A stretch of DNA of 64,000 bases, taken from NCBI GenBank assembly GCA_026928325.1, contig JAIXKS010000039.1, forward strand, positions 66,929-130,928. The letters run 5' to 3'. The DNA is from Chitinophagales bacterium. Lineage in GTDB: Bacteria; Bacteroidota; Bacteroidia; Chitinophagales; Saprospiraceae. Shown here piece by piece: positions 10,034-20,957 of this stretch; the stretch's first letter is position 1, and each line of letters begins with the position of its first letter. The position numbers and the translations under genes were made by a program. The notes beneath the pieces were generated by a model. The model worked only from the letters and a program-made list of their open reading frames with translations. It was not told where the DNA came from and made no database searches.

Positions 10034-11176
10034 TTAATGGTTGTAATCGCCATATATGGCTTTCACAAATGGGCCATTGAGGAAGGCTTCGCTATCTAAT
10101 TCGCTTTGCAAAACGGTTCCTTTCCATCCTTTGGTCAGCATCATATAAGCTACTTGGCAAAGTGGCGCTGCTGTGGTGGTCTGAATGGCTCTTAATTTTC
10201 TACGGCCGACAAGGCTTGGTTTTATTTTATAAGCCTTTTCTTTAGATCGCAAATGCCCGTTGTTGTCTTTACCAGTGATTGATGCGTAAATGACTACAAT
10301 ATCGTCTTCAACGCTTGGTATTTGTTCGAGCATTGTTTTTTCGAGATTGCGAATTTTGTCTTCACCTTCTGGGATTGCATGGACGATTTCTTTAACCCAA
10401 TCGTAATGCCCGGAATATCTTAAAGTTTTATAATCTAAATTTTTCACTTTTCCAGAAAAAGCATCTGGAAGGTCTGCTGCGCCTCCCGAAGTGTAATTAT
10501 CTTCGTAAAGTTCGCCATCAATGATGATGGACTCTAATCCTGAGAGTGCCGGTACATTGATTTTGGTATAATTTCTGACAACTTCGGCATCTTTTAAGTA
10601 TTCTGTAGCAACACCTATGGGACTCCAAGTGAAAGCATAAAAATGAGGTGCTTGTGCATGTTGACTGATTGCTCCAACCTTCATTTTTACGTCGTCGGCT
10701 TGGTTTACACCGAAATCATGACAAAAATCTTTAAATAATTGATTCGCCAATATATTAATAAATCCAGGTGCCAAACCTGTCTGTAATACGAAAGCGGTAT
10801 CAGCATCCTTTGATAAAGCTTTTACTTGATTGGTTTCATTGACGTATTCCGTAAGGTTGGCATAGTGACAATGATGTTTTTTTGCCAAAGCCGCTATCCT
10901 TGGTGCTTGACTTCCCGGAAGGCAGTCTAAGATTACGTCACAAGTAGCAAGCACTTCGTCTAATGCTGCGTTGCTGCCTTCCATTGGCATGAGAACCGTA
11001 TGTACTTGCGCAGATTTTGTACAGCCTTGGATTACAAAGGTAGAAGCCCTATCTAAAGCTTGCTGAGAGATGTCACCAAAATAGACCACAGCATCTAAAA
11101 AATCAAATTCTGAAAGTATTAATCCGGCTGCTTGGCCTATGCCTCCACTACCGGCTATAAAAATATTTGCTTGCAT
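10034..11176 (-). CDS. saccharopine dehydrogenase family NAD(P)-binding oxidoreductase
   Basis: 380 aa; N-terminal Rossmann IFIAGSGGIGQAAG, family-typical length. Confidence 0.65.
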   Translation of the reverse strand: MQANIFIAGSGGIGQAAGLILSEFDFLDAVVYFGDISQQALDRASTFVIQGCTKSAQVHTVLMPMEGSNAALDEVLATCDVILDCLPGSQAPRIAALAKKHHCHYANLTEYVNETNQVKALSKDADTAFVLQTGLAPGFINILANQLFKDFCHDFGVNQADDVKMKVGAISQHAQAPHFYAFTWSPIGVATEYLKDAEVVRNYTKINVPALSGLESIIIDGELYEDNYTSGGAADLPDAFSGKVKNLDYKTLRYSGHYDWVKEIVHAIPEGEDKIRNLEKTMLEQIPSVEDDIVVIYASITGKDNNGHLRSKEKAYKIKPSLVGRRKLRAIQTTTAAPLCQVAYMMLTKGWKGTVLQSELDSEAFLNGPFVKAIYGDYNH

Positions 11177-11226
11177 CAGTTTTTATTGTAAGTTGGTTTT
11201 AATTATATTATTTACTTTTGGGCCTG

Positions 11227-11234
11227 CAAAGATA
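11227..11234 (-). promoter_or_regulatory. Bacteroidota -7 promoter box TAtcTTTG for the saccharopine dehydrogenase-like gene
   Basis: The minus strand reads TATCTTTG, matching the TAnnTTTG consensus, ~50 nt upstream of the start at 11176. Confidence 0.45.
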
Positions 11235-11421
11235 ATGATCTTTTCCGGTTTATTCTAAAATGTTGACATGATTCCAATCATAAATATACAAAAGATCCTT
11301 GCTTGTCTAAAGTATTGAATTTGTTAAATATAATATATTGTTAAAATACATAATGTATAATTTTTTAACATTTATAGTTAAAAATATTATGAAAAATTAT
11401 AATATGTTAAAAAGATACTAT

Positions 11422-11429
11422 TATCTTTG
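11422..11429 (+). promoter_or_regulatory. Bacteroidota -7 promoter box TAtcTTTG upstream of ftsK
   Basis: TATCTTTG on the plus strand in the AT-rich divergent intergenic region. Confidence 0.4.
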
Positions 11430-11603
11430 CCCTACAAAATTGAGATTGCCTATCGGATAATATATACATTCCTTCAGACTTACGGTTGAATAGCCTTATT
11501 GTTATCAACGCGCGTTTTGCTCTTTAAAGAATCGTGTTATCCATGTAGTCATAAATCAATTTATCCCGATTGTATTTATTTAAAAACCGATTATTCATTT
11601 GTT

Positions 11604-14141
11604 ATGGCTTTGAAAAAGCAAAAAACTAAAACGACGGCAGCGTCTCGTTTTAATTGGAAGGATGAGCGAATTCCCAAAGTTTTTGGAGTTATTCTTATAC
11701 TTTCAGCTATTTATCTGGCAATCGCTTTTGTCTCTTATTTATATACGTGGAAAGTGGATCAAGATAAAGTCTTACGATTTTCTTGGGGTATGTTGTTTCA
11801 AGGCGATTTGAGTGTCGAAAATTGGCTGGGCCGACTTGGAGCTATTATCTCTAATATGTTCTTCTATTGGGGATTTGGTTTGCCGTCTATGATTTTTGTA
11901 GTATTGTTAATTAAATTGGGATTTGATTTAATTCGAAGAAAACCACTAAAACCATTCTTGATATTTGCCAGAAATTCATTCGTCATTATGGCGTTTTTCT
12001 CACTTTTGCTAGAGTTTATCTTTCGAAGATCAGAATTCACATGGGGTGGTGCATTTGGAGAAAGTACCGTTTTTTGGTTGAGCAACTTTCTCGGCCAAGT
12101 GGGCTTGTTTTTACTTATTCTATTTAGTATGGGTGCCTATATCATGTGGCGATATAATCCAAACCTTGAACATTTAACAGTAGCAAACCCGCTAGAAAAT
12201 ATGAAGATGCCTTCTATTGATTTTTTCAAAGGTATGGAAGATTCGGACATAAAGTCCACGCCTAAACCATCGAAAAAGGATATTTTATCAGATGCTATAG
12301 ATAATTTGTTTAAAAGACCCGATCACGATTTGTCAACAACAGAAAAACCTAAGTCAACATCACCGCTTGATACAAAGGCGGCGGATTCAGCTTCAGGACA
12401 ATCTATGGAATTGGATTTGGGCGAACATCAGGCTATAAAAACTCAGGTAGCACCTATAAGCCATGAATTAGAAATCATAGACAGTTTAGACTTTGGTGAA
12501 GTGAGTTCAGGTGCTGAATCTATCTCAGACGATTTGGAAGAGGATATAATGGACAATGGATTGGCAAAAGTGCCTTATGCACCAGAATCACAAATCGAAG
12601 CGGTGAAATTGGAAGATGAGCTTGAGCCTTATGATCCTACCTTGGATTTGTCTCGCTATAAATTTCCTACTACGGAGTTGCTTTTGGATTATGCCGATAA
12701 AAAAGTGGTTGTCGATCGAGAGGAATTGGAAGCGAATAAGGATCAGATTATAGCAACTTTATTGAATTATAAAATCGAAATCACGCAGATTCGTGCCACT
12801 GTAGGTCCAACCGTTACATTATACGAAATCGTTCCGGCACCGGGCGTTAAGATATCTAAGATTAGAAACCTCGAAGACGACATTGCTTTAAGTTTGTCTG
12901 CATTAGGTATCCGTATCATCGCACCTATTCCCGGTAAGGGCACCATCGGTATTGAAGTACCTAATAAAAACAAACAAGTTGTTTCGTTAAAGGAATTACT
13001 TTTATCAGATAAGTTTACGCAGTCAAAAATGGCTTTACCTATCGCCTTAGGAAAAACAATTTCAAACGAAGTCTTTGTAGCTGACTTGGCTAAAATGCCG
13101 CATTTATTAGTTGCTGGAGCTACCGGACAAGGGAAGTCTGTAGGTATCAACGCTATTTTGATGTCTCTTTTGTATAAAAAACATCCTTCTCAAGTTAAGT
13201 TAGTTTTGATAGACCCTAAAAAGGTGGAATTATTCCCTTACGGTACGTTGGACCAGCATTTTTTGGCGTTCTTGCCAGATCAGGATGAGCCGATTATTAC
13301 CGAAACATCTAAGGTTATCAATACTTTAAATTCTCTATGTATTGAAATGGATGATCGCTATGACCTTCTTAAGAAGGCTAGAGTTCGTAATATTAATGAA
13401 TATAACGAGAAGTTTACCGATAGAAAATTAAATCCAAAAGAAGGGCACAAGTTTTTACCGTATATCGTGTTGGTCATCGATGAATTTGCAGATTTGATTA
13501 TGACTGCTGGTAAAGAAGTTGAAATGCCGATAGCTCGATTAGCACAATTGGCGCGTGCTATTGGGATTCACTTGATTATTGCTACTCAGCGTCCTTCTGT
13601 AAATATCATTACAGGTATCATCAAGGCCAACTTCCCGGCTCGTTTGGCATTTAAGGTAACTTCTAAAATTGACTCTCGTACAATTTTGGATGCCGGTGGT
13701 GCAGATCAATTGATTGGTGCCGGAGATATGTTATTGTCTATTGGAAGTAACAATGTTCGTTTGCAATGCGCTTTCGTTGATACGCCTGAGGTTGAAAACG
13801 TCATTAATCATATATCCAAACAGCAAGGATTTCCTGAACCTTTTTATCTTCCTGAGTACAAGGGAGATGATGAAGGCGGAAATGGTGCAGGAGACATTCG
13901 TTTTTCCGATTTAGATGCTGAATTTGAAGATGCAGCAAGATTGGTCGTTGCTTCGCAACAAGGTTCGACATCATCGATACAGCGAAAATTTTCTATAGGA
14001 TATAATAAAGCAGGACGTATCATGGATCACATGGAGCAATTGGGTATTGTAGGACCTGTGCAAGGCTCTAAACCACGCGAAGTATTGTTTTTTTCAGTTG
14101 AAGAATTAGAGCATTTTATGACTGCTCTCAAGAATAAATAG
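11604..14141 (+). CDS. ftsK: DNA translocase FtsK/SpoIIIE
   Basis: N-terminal TM helices, acidic linker, Walker A GATGQGKSV, VIDEFADL, ATQRPS, C-terminal gamma wHTH. ATG at 11604 is preferred over the track's upstream TTG. Confidence 0.9.
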   Translation: MALKKQKTKTTAASRFNWKDERIPKVFGVILILSAIYLAIAFVSYLYTWKVDQDKVLRFSWGMLFQGDLSVENWLGRLGAIISNMFFYWGFGLPSMIFVVLLIKLGFDLIRRKPLKPFLIFARNSFVIMAFFSLLLEFIFRRSEFTWGGAFGESTVFWLSNFLGQVGLFLLILFSMGAYIMWRYNPNLEHLTVANPLENMKMPSIDFFKGMEDSDIKSTPKPSKKDILSDAIDNLFKRPDHDLSTTEKPKSTSPLDTKAADSASGQSMELDLGEHQAIKTQVAPISHELEIIDSLDFGEVSSGAESISDDLEEDIMDNGLAKVPYAPESQIEAVKLEDELEPYDPTLDLSRYKFPTTELLLDYADKKVVVDREELEANKDQIIATLLNYKIEITQIRATVGPTVTLYEIVPAPGVKISKIRNLEDDIALSLSALGIRIIAPIPGKGTIGIEVPNKNKQVVSLKELLLSDKFTQSKMALPIALGKTISNEVFVADLAKMPHLLVAGATGQGKSVGINAILMSLLYKKHPSQVKLVLIDPKKVELFPYGTLDQHFLAFLPDQDEPIITETSKVINTLNSLCIEMDDRYDLLKKARVRNINEYNEKFTDRKLNPKEGHKFLPYIVLVIDEFADLIMTAGKEVEMPIARLAQLARAIGIHLIIATQRPSVNIITGIIKANFPARLAFKVTSKIDSRTILDAGGADQLIGAGDMLLSIGSNNVRLQCAFVDTPEVENVINHISKQQGFPEPFYLPEYKGDDEGGNGAGDIRFSDLDAEFEDAARLVVASQQGSTSSIQRKFSIGYNKAGRIMDHMEQLGIVGPVQGSKPREVLFFSVEELEHFMTALKNK

Positions 14142-14172
14142 TTTAACTATTTTTTTGAATAGGACCTTAGAA

Positions 14173-14208
14173 TGTCTGTGCAGAAAAGACTGTGCAGGCA
14201 TTTTTTTT
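14173..14208 (+). terminator. rho-independent terminator of ftsK
   Basis: RNA hairpin UGUCUGUGCAG-AAAAGA-CUGUGCAGGCA (with G-U pairs) followed by T8. Confidence 0.6.
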
Positions 14209-14215
14209 GTTTATT

Positions 14216-14379
14216 TAGTGCTCCGTCCACAAAAAAATCTTAATGAAATGTCGTTCTTTTTCCAAATCTCATCGTTAAAAATACTCGCCATAGTTACCAC
14301 TATGCCTGCGTTTTTTGCCTTGATCTTTTAAAAAATAACTTCCATTATAATTTAAGTCTTTTTATAGACAGAGCACTAG
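14216..14379 (-). repeat. MITE-like ~165-bp repeat, copy A (inverted relative to copies B and C)
   Basis: The reverse complement aligns end to end with 23411..23576 and 33172..33336. Ends are GACAGAGCACTAG / degenerate TAGTGCTCCGTC. Confidence 0.85.
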
Positions 14380-14400
14380 ATTTCAAGATAATAGCGATTT

Positions 14401-15993
14401 TTAAAGATAGATTGTCAAAAAATCTTTATCGAGTGGGTTGAGATTTTCAACCATGATTTGATTAAGATCGTAGACATCATTTGTCCAAAATTGCAAATAA
14501 CTTTCCACTCTTTCTTGCAAATTGTTTTCAGGGAAGAGTTTACTCTTTAGATTTTTTATTTGATTGATTTGCACCTCTTGTTTTTGCTTGATACTTCGTT
14601 TGAGTCTGTTTTCAAGGTTTTCGACGGTTTTAATGGTTTTGTGGGCTTCGCCTAGGACAGTTGGCTCTAAAGTGGCATCGATATGTTTGGCTTTATCAGC
14701 TATTTCGTAAAAAGCCTGCATGATTTGTTTGGATTCATTGGTCAGATAAAACTCTTCTTCTGTATTTTTATCTATATATTCGTTGATTAGCTGATTTTCT
14801 TCTTTCCGTAGGTCATCTTCCGAAATGCCAAGTTTTTCCATCAATTTTTGAAGATGTTTTGGGATAAACATAACCGAATTTCTCCTGATTAATACCGGAT
14901 AAAAGACGTTGAATGCTGCAAATTGACTTTTTCTTTCTAACCAGTAGGCTAGTTCTCCGCCGCCGCCGATATAAGCTAAATTGGGTAGCGTAAACTCCTC
15001 GTACATCGGTCGCAAAACGACATTTGGACTAAATCGTTCCGGATGTTCATGCAGTAAGTTTAGTATTTCCTCTTTGGTAAACGATAAATCGCTATTGTTG
15101 ATTTTAAATCGGTCGTCTTCAAAATAAATGCGTTCTCTAGAATGATTATTTATATAGAATAGGTTGATATCTCTGACAAAGGCTTGTGGTGTGAATTTGT
15201 GTTCCTTTTCCAGGGCTTCCTGCGTTGCTGTGACCAAAGGCAGACTTATTCTTTCGGTAATTTCCCGTTCCATAACCGGAATAAAAGCAGCTTTAAGCCT
15301 CTTATCGTCCATGTTTAAAACAAGTAGTCCATAGTCTTTAAAAAATGCATTGACCCAATGTGCGACAAAATCATTGTAATTGTTGGCCTTACTGAAGGCA
15401 TCTTTAAATATTTCTCCTATTTGTTCTGCTTTCGGTGATTTGCCCAATATGGAAATCAATGCTTCTATTGCTGTATCTAAATTTTCAGTGCTAAATCTAC
15501 CAACGGAACCACTTTGAGGAGTATCCCAGGTTATGGATTTACCAAAAAGGTTGATGGTCTTGATTTCATCAAAATCGTGATCTTCCGATCCATTGATAAA
15601 TACCGGGATAAATTTATAGTCCGGTAATTCCTGATTGAGTTTAGAAGTTAGATTAATGATTGAAAACATCTTATAAAAATAATATCCTGGCCCTCCAAGT
15701 AAACTCGGTTGATGCGCCGTAACAATGGTAAAGGTTTTATCATCTTTTAACGCCTGAATATTGAGATCCTGGCTTGCTGATTTGTCAATATTTTTGTATT
15801 GGTCTTGCAGGACTTCGGACAATAGCGCTCTTTCCACAGGAAAGTTTTTTCTACCTTCAATAGCTGCTTTGATACCGTCAAATGTGGGTTCGTATTGATA
15901 GAAAGATTTCAAATGCTGATATTGTTCCTGATAGTAAATATCCTTGTACGCAAGTTTATTGATTTTATTGAAAGGTGTTTTCGAGATACGCAT
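14401..15993 (-). CDS. bshC: bacillithiol biosynthesis cysteine-adding enzyme BshC (putative)
   Basis: 530 aa; family-typical length and N-terminal pattern (LKSFYQYEPTFDGIKAAIEGRKNFPVERALL..QDQY). Confidence 0.7.
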   Translation of the reverse strand: MRISKTPFNKINKLAYKDIYYQEQYQHLKSFYQYEPTFDGIKAAIEGRKNFPVERALLSEVLQDQYKNIDKSASQDLNIQALKDDKTFTIVTAHQPSLLGGPGYYFYKMFSIINLTSKLNQELPDYKFIPVFINGSEDHDFDEIKTINLFGKSITWDTPQSGSVGRFSTENLDTAIEALISILGKSPKAEQIGEIFKDAFSKANNYNDFVAHWVNAFFKDYGLLVLNMDDKRLKAAFIPVMEREITERISLPLVTATQEALEKEHKFTPQAFVRDINLFYINNHSRERIYFEDDRFKINNSDLSFTKEEILNLLHEHPERFSPNVVLRPMYEEFTLPNLAYIGGGGELAYWLERKSQFAAFNVFYPVLIRRNSVMFIPKHLQKLMEKLGISEDDLRKEENQLINEYIDKNTEEEFYLTNESKQIMQAFYEIADKAKHIDATLEPTVLGEAHKTIKTVENLENRLKRSIKQKQEVQINQIKNLKSKLFPENNLQERVESYLQFWTNDVYDLNQIMVENLNPLDKDFLTIYL

Positions 15994-16186
15994 ATAGAGA
16001 ATGCCCTAAGGCCGCTTCGTTTTACTAAAAATGATATCTCAACCTAACCACTTTGAGTTGATTTTGTTCAAATGTGCGCAGGAATTAAATTAAGGAAAAG
16101 TTGGTTTGATTCGTAAAGGCAATTTGTGCAATGTTGTAGAATTTTACCTTTAAAACTTGGAATTTAAGGCTAATCAAAGCTAGGGA

Positions 16187-16996
16187 TTATCCTGTTATTT
16201 TCTTCATATTTTCCAAATGCGCCGCCAATAGGTTGGGATTATCGCTGTAGGACTTCAAGTGTTGTTTGATTTCCTTTTCCCGGTTTTCAGAATCCGGCTG
16301 CTGAAGTAAGTCAAGATACTTTTTGTCGTTGTGGATTCTTCGTTTGATTTCCAATCGGTGGGTTGCGGTATCGCCATGTCCAGGGATTAGAATATGGACA
16401 CTTGGGTATTGATGGAATATATTTTTTGCTTTTTCTAGGGTTTTTGTATAGGCAATCAAGTTGTCATCGATTAAGGGAATCTCAATATTGCTTAGATAAT
16501 CGCCAGCTATCCATATACCATAGTTAGGAATGACGACAAATAGCGCATCAGCACAATGTCCCTGTGCGTGGTAAAATATTAATTCGCAGCCTCCGATATG
16601 CATGGTTTGCCCGTCGTGTAGGATGACCCAGTTTACATCCGGGTACCTGATTGGATAATCCCTGTTGATATAATAGGTATTGTCGAAGGATTGGATCTCA
16701 TCGATGATTTGCTCTTTATATGGATTTTCTGCAAGTTGAATGGTGGCTATAACTTCTGCCCCTGGAAATGCGCAGTACCCGATAATGTGGTCATAGTCCG
16801 AGTGTGTGAATATCAGGTATTGCTTGTGGTTTTTGTAATTGTGAGTGACATATTTTACGATATAATCGATTTCTACTGGCAACCAATTTGGATCGATGAT
16901 TAGGATTGCTTGGTCGAGGGCTATAAGCGTAGTAGTAGTACGATAGAGCGCACTTTCGAAAACGGTGATATGGTTATGCCTAAATTGTATTTTCAT
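16187..16996 (-). CDS. MBL-fold metallo-hydrolase
   Basis: 269 aa; THSDYDH metal motif, downstream His/Asp ligands (HAQGHC, PGHGD). Confidence 0.7.
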   Translation of the reverse strand: MKIQFRHNHITVFESALYRTTTTLIALDQAILIIDPNWLPVEIDYIVKYVTHNYKNHKQYLIFTHSDYDHIIGYCAFPGAEVIATIQLAENPYKEQIIDEIQSFDNTYYINRDYPIRYPDVNWVILHDGQTMHIGGCELIFYHAQGHCADALFVVIPNYGIWIAGDYLSNIEIPLIDDNLIAYTKTLEKAKNIFHQYPSVHILIPGHGDTATHRLEIKRRIHNDKKYLDLLQQPDSENREKEIKQHLKSYSDNPNLLAAHLENMKKITG

Positions 16997-17008
16997 GTTG
17001 ATTATGAT

Positions 17009-17045
17009 AAATGCAGTCGGAATGATGTTGATTCCGACTGCATTT
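17009..17045 (-). terminator. perfect 15-bp stem hairpin between the S46 peptidase and MBL genes
   Basis: AAATGCAGTCGGAAT / ATTCCGACTGCATTT with a 7-nt loop. The U-tract on the minus strand is weak. Confidence 0.45.
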
Positions 17046-17067
17046 ATAATTTTTACAAGGGCACGGT

Positions 17068-19137
17068 TTAGTCGATTTCCTTGATGATTCTTTCTGCTTT
17101 GTAGATATATTTTAAGGCTGCAAAGATACCACCTGCGTGCACGCTTACCGCCCGATTTTGCTCTTCGTCAAAAATGAAATTTCCTGGTAGAGATTCGATG
17201 TTACCATCGAAGATGAGGCCTACTGCTTCTTTATTTTTGTTGATTAAAGGGCTACCGCTATTGCCACCTATAATGTCATTGGTAGAGACGGTATTGTACG
17301 GTGCTTGAAGCAATTCTGCTGATGGATTTAGCCAACGTTCAGGTAGGGACCAAGGAAATACCTTCTTGTGCGAATAATATCTATCGTATAATCCATAATA
17401 CGTCGTATTAACCGGTGCTATTGTGCCATTGTAATTAAGACCTTTGATGACACCATCAGAGATTCTCAAAGTAAAAGTGGCATCGGGTGGCAATTGATCG
17501 CCAAAGACTTTGAAGGTTTGACTGGCTATCTTAGCTTCCAGATTTTTTCTTGCTCCTTCTGTAGCTTGTGCAGCCTGAATCGCTTCCTTATATTTAGGCA
17601 CCAATATATCGGCAGCATCAAGTAATGGATCCTTGATACCGGACATAGATGCTTCCTTTTCAAAGAAAGATGCACTAAACTTCTCATCTGAAAACTTGGT
17701 GTTGGATAACAAATAGTTTATATAAGCTTCGATACTTCTATTGCCAAGAACCTTTTGTAGGGTCATATCTCCCGGGTAAATATCTTCCTTAATCTCTTGT
17801 AACGCTAAGGCGAATAAATCCTTTTGGTTGGGCTCATTCAAGGTTTCTAATTTCCCGAGAATTGTATTTTTTAGTTGTTCCTTTTTAAGGGCACTTTCTC
17901 CATTTTTAACTAATTCCTTGTAATTATAAAGGTCATGCATAAGAGAAATTATATTGCCTCTGAATGGACTAGGACTAAGGTGAACGCTTGCCCATCCATT
18001 CGGACTCATGTCCTTGTACATCTTTGCTATTTCATCCCAATAGGTCAATCCAGGAGATTTAGAACGGATATAATTTTCCATTTCAACTTTTCTATTGAAT
18101 AAAGCCGGATCGTTTAAACCTTTTGTAATACCACCATAGACTTTCATCGAATTGGCAATATTAGCGATACGGTTTAATAATTCTTGAGCTTCATATTCTT
18201 TTTCAGGATTTTGCTTCATGGCATTGTACTTATCCATCATGTATTCGTTTCTGTTTTTCAAAAATTTGTACATAAATGGATATCTATAATCGCGATCATA
18301 TTCTAATTGTGCTACGGTACGATAGCGTTCTGTACGACCGGGATTGCCGACGACAAATACTGGTTCGCCTTCCTCAGCACCGTATTTATTGAATTTTAAA
18401 TAATTATTTGATGTATTTAAAGGCTTGCCATCATCATCATAAGCTCTCCAAAAAGTAGCATCTAAATTGTATCTTGGATAAGTGAAATTGTCGGGATCTC
18501 CACCAAAAAATCCTAAGTCTAATTCAGGCACCCAAACAAGTCGGATATCATTGTATCTTTTGTATCCATAGATGGAAAACTTATTGCCACTATAAAACGT
18601 GACGACCTGAGTTCTTAGGTTTTTCCACTCAGGTTTTTCTTTATACATCTGTTCGATTTCATCCAATGCCGCTTTTTGTAGCGTGGCTTTTTCATCATCC
18701 GTTTTTGCATTTTTTATTTTAGCCATGATTAATGTAGTAATGTCGGCAGCCTCGATCAATTGCTCTACAAATAAGCCGTTTGCCTTGCGTTCATCCGCTA
18801 ATGTTGCAGCATAATATCCATGTTTGTCGAAATTTTCGCCTTCTTTTTGAAGTTTAGTGACAACATCTCGGGAGCAGTGATGGTTGGTCATAATCAGCCC
18901 TTGATCTGAAATGAAAGAAGCACTACACCAGGTAGCAAATTTGAGCGATGACTTTCTAACGTAATCAAACCAATCATCTTGGACGTCCATTCCGTAGGTC
19001 TCTTTGAGCCACTCTTTGGGTGGGTTTTCGAATGTCCACATCTTACCAAAATCATGTGGACTGGCATTTTGCTGAGCTTCGATATTCAGGACAAATGCTA
19101 ATGTCAATAAAAAACTTAAGACAATTTTCTTATTCAT
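17068..19137 (-). CDS. S46 family dipeptidyl-peptidase (DPP7/DPP11-like)
   Basis: 689 aa; signal peptide, catalytic His context IMTNHHC, Ser context GGNSGSPLINKNKEAVGLIFDGN. Confidence 0.85.
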   Translation of the reverse strand: MNKKIVLSFLLTLAFVLNIEAQQNASPHDFGKMWTFENPPKEWLKETYGMDVQDDWFDYVRKSSLKFATWCSASFISDQGLIMTNHHCSRDVVTKLQKEGENFDKHGYYAATLADERKANGLFVEQLIEAADITTLIMAKIKNAKTDDEKATLQKAALDEIEQMYKEKPEWKNLRTQVVTFYSGNKFSIYGYKRYNDIRLVWVPELDLGFFGGDPDNFTYPRYNLDATFWRAYDDDGKPLNTSNNYLKFNKYGAEEGEPVFVVGNPGRTERYRTVAQLEYDRDYRYPFMYKFLKNRNEYMMDKYNAMKQNPEKEYEAQELLNRIANIANSMKVYGGITKGLNDPALFNRKVEMENYIRSKSPGLTYWDEIAKMYKDMSPNGWASVHLSPSPFRGNIISLMHDLYNYKELVKNGESALKKEQLKNTILGKLETLNEPNQKDLFALALQEIKEDIYPGDMTLQKVLGNRSIEAYINYLLSNTKFSDEKFSASFFEKEASMSGIKDPLLDAADILVPKYKEAIQAAQATEGARKNLEAKIASQTFKVFGDQLPPDATFTLRISDGVIKGLNYNGTIAPVNTTYYGLYDRYYSHKKVFPWSLPERWLNPSAELLQAPYNTVSTNDIIGGNSGSPLINKNKEAVGLIFDGNIESLPGNFIFDEEQNRAVSVHAGGIFAALKYIYKAERIIKEID

Positions 19138-19471
19138 ATTTCTTGAATGCTTTAATTGAAAAAAAATAATAAATCGTAAAAATAGAATGAATTTGAAATA
19201 TTTTAAAATTTATGGATTACAATTCACTAGGAATGTCGGGATTTATTATAAAACTATCAACGCTTAAATAGTTTAGAAATGATTTTTTAATTTGGGAAAA
19301 CGGACTATAAAACCCTTTATACGATATAAATAAACCTAAAAACTACTCTTTTCGAAATTTATTAATAAATATTTAACACCTATTGAGTAAAATCATAGAT
19401 TTACTTTTGGTAGTTATGTTAAAATTCCCTTTCTTTGCGTTCATTTTATAAACATCATAAAATTTAGATTA

Positions 19472-20389
19472 ATGAGATATTTAAAATTGACATTCTTGCT
19501 CTTAGGTCTGATTAGTTTGGGCACAAGTTGCGTGAGCAAGAAAAAATTTAACGAAACGAATGCTGCTCTAGAAGCAACAAAAAATTTATTGACAGATTGC
19601 GAGCAAAGAACCAAAACCCTACAAGGACAGGTTGATGACCTTACAGCTCAGTTGAATATGGCTAATCAAAACCTTAAAAAGGCAAATGATGAGTTGACAT
19701 CGGCTAATATGAAATTGAAATCAGCTGAAGATCAATTGATGGTATTAAGAAACAGCCAAAGCAGTTTATTGGATCAGTTGAATTCTGCTTCAGTCATCAA
19801 TAAAGCAGGTGCAGAAAGTATTAAGAAATCCCTTGATGCTATCAGCCAACAAAGTAGCTACATCAAGGAGTTAACTCAAAAGATGCAGTACAAAGATTCT
19901 GTTAATTTAGCGTTAGCAATGAATTTGAAGAAATCTCTTAAAGATTTCAATGACAAAGACGTTTCTATCGAAGTTAAGAAGGGCGTAGTTTATATTTCTC
20001 TTTCTGACAACATGTTATTTAAAACTGCTTCTGCTAGCATCAATGCAAGTGCACAAAATGTTTTAGGTAAAATTGCTTCTATTTTGAATGATCAAAGTGA
20101 TTTAGATATCCTTGTTGAAGGTCACACAGATAACGTGCCTATGGGCGGTGAGTGTATCACAGACAACTGGGATTTAAGTTCAAAAAGAGCTTTAGCTGTT
20201 GTTAAGACACTTCAAAGCAAATATAAAGTAGATCCTGCAAGAATGACTGCCGGAGCAAGAGGTGAATATGCGCCTAAATCTACTAATAAAACAGCAGCTG
20301 GAAGACAAGCTAACAGAAGAACTGAAATCATCGTTCTACCTAAGTTAGACCAGTTCTTTAAGTTGATGGAAGCTCCTGAAGGGAAATAA
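19472..20389 (+). CDS. OmpA-family lipoprotein with N-terminal coiled coil
   Basis: 305 aa; lipobox LGTSC, coiled-coil region, OmpA_C motifs GHTDN...NWDLSSKRA...NRRTEI. Confidence 0.8.
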   Translation: MRYLKLTFLLLGLISLGTSCVSKKKFNETNAALEATKNLLTDCEQRTKTLQGQVDDLTAQLNMANQNLKKANDELTSANMKLKSAEDQLMVLRNSQSSLLDQLNSASVINKAGAESIKKSLDAISQQSSYIKELTQKMQYKDSVNLALAMNLKKSLKDFNDKDVSIEVKKGVVYISLSDNMLFKTASASINASAQNVLGKIASILNDQSDLDILVEGHTDNVPMGGECITDNWDLSSKRALAVVKTLQSKYKVDPARMTAGARGEYAPKSTNKTAAGRQANRRTEIIVLPKLDQFFKLMEAPEGK

Positions 20390-20433
20390 GATAGATTACC
20401 TATCTAATTGATAAAATGCTGAAAGGCTTAAAT

Positions 20434-20474
20434 AAAAGGGTATCTTTTAAAAAAGATGCCCTTTTATTGTTTTT
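20434..20474 (+). terminator. rho-independent terminator of the ompA-family gene
   Basis: AAAAGGGTATCTTTT / AAAAGATGCCCTTTT hairpin followed by a T-rich tract. Confidence 0.6.
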
Positions 20475-20642
20475 AGGTTGTAGGTTTTTGATGAACTAAT
20501 TTATGGTTATGAATAGATAATATGATAAATAAATGGATATTTTGAATTTTAATGGTAATTTTTATTTAAATATCTAAAGATATTTGTCTATTTCAAAATG
20601 ACTAATTATATTTGACGTTTTGTGTCAAGTTAAAATTTTCAA

Positions 20643-20957
20643 ATGGAAACAGTTGGACAAATAGTAAGAGCAAAGCGGGAAAGTTTAGGTCTATTACTTC
20701 GACAGGTTGCATCGTATCTCGATATTGATCAAGCTATTTTGAGTAAGATTGAACGTAACGAACGTAGGCCGTCACGAGATAACATCACGAAACTTGCTGA
20801 AATACTTAAACTAGACAAAGAAGACTTACTCGTGCAATTTATAAGCGAAAGGATTGCTAACGAAATTGCAGATGAAGAATGTGCAAGTAAAGTATTAAAA
20901 GCAGCTGAATTAAAGATAATGTATATAAAGTCCAATGTGGTAAAAAATGATCTATGA
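20643..20957 (+). CDS. XRE-family HTH protein, probable restriction-modification controller (C) protein
   Basis: 104 aa; HTH LRQVASYLDIDQAILSKIERNERRPS. ATGA overlap with the methyltransferase start. Confidence 0.65.
   Translation: METVGQIVRAKRESLGLLLRQVASYLDIDQAILSKIERNERRPSRDNITKLAEILKLDKEDLLVQFISERIANEIADEECASKVLKAAELKIMYIKSNVVKNDL

Noticed and set aside
11221-11435. Imperfect ~20-bp inverted repeat (GCAAAGATAAT..ATCTTTT) flanking ~175 bp of AT-rich DNA, possibly an invertible promoter or small MITE
   Set aside because: The core of each arm is the Bacteroidota -7 box TAnnTTTG facing the two divergent genes. There is no recombinase nearby and no other copies in the window, so it is most simply two divergent promoters.
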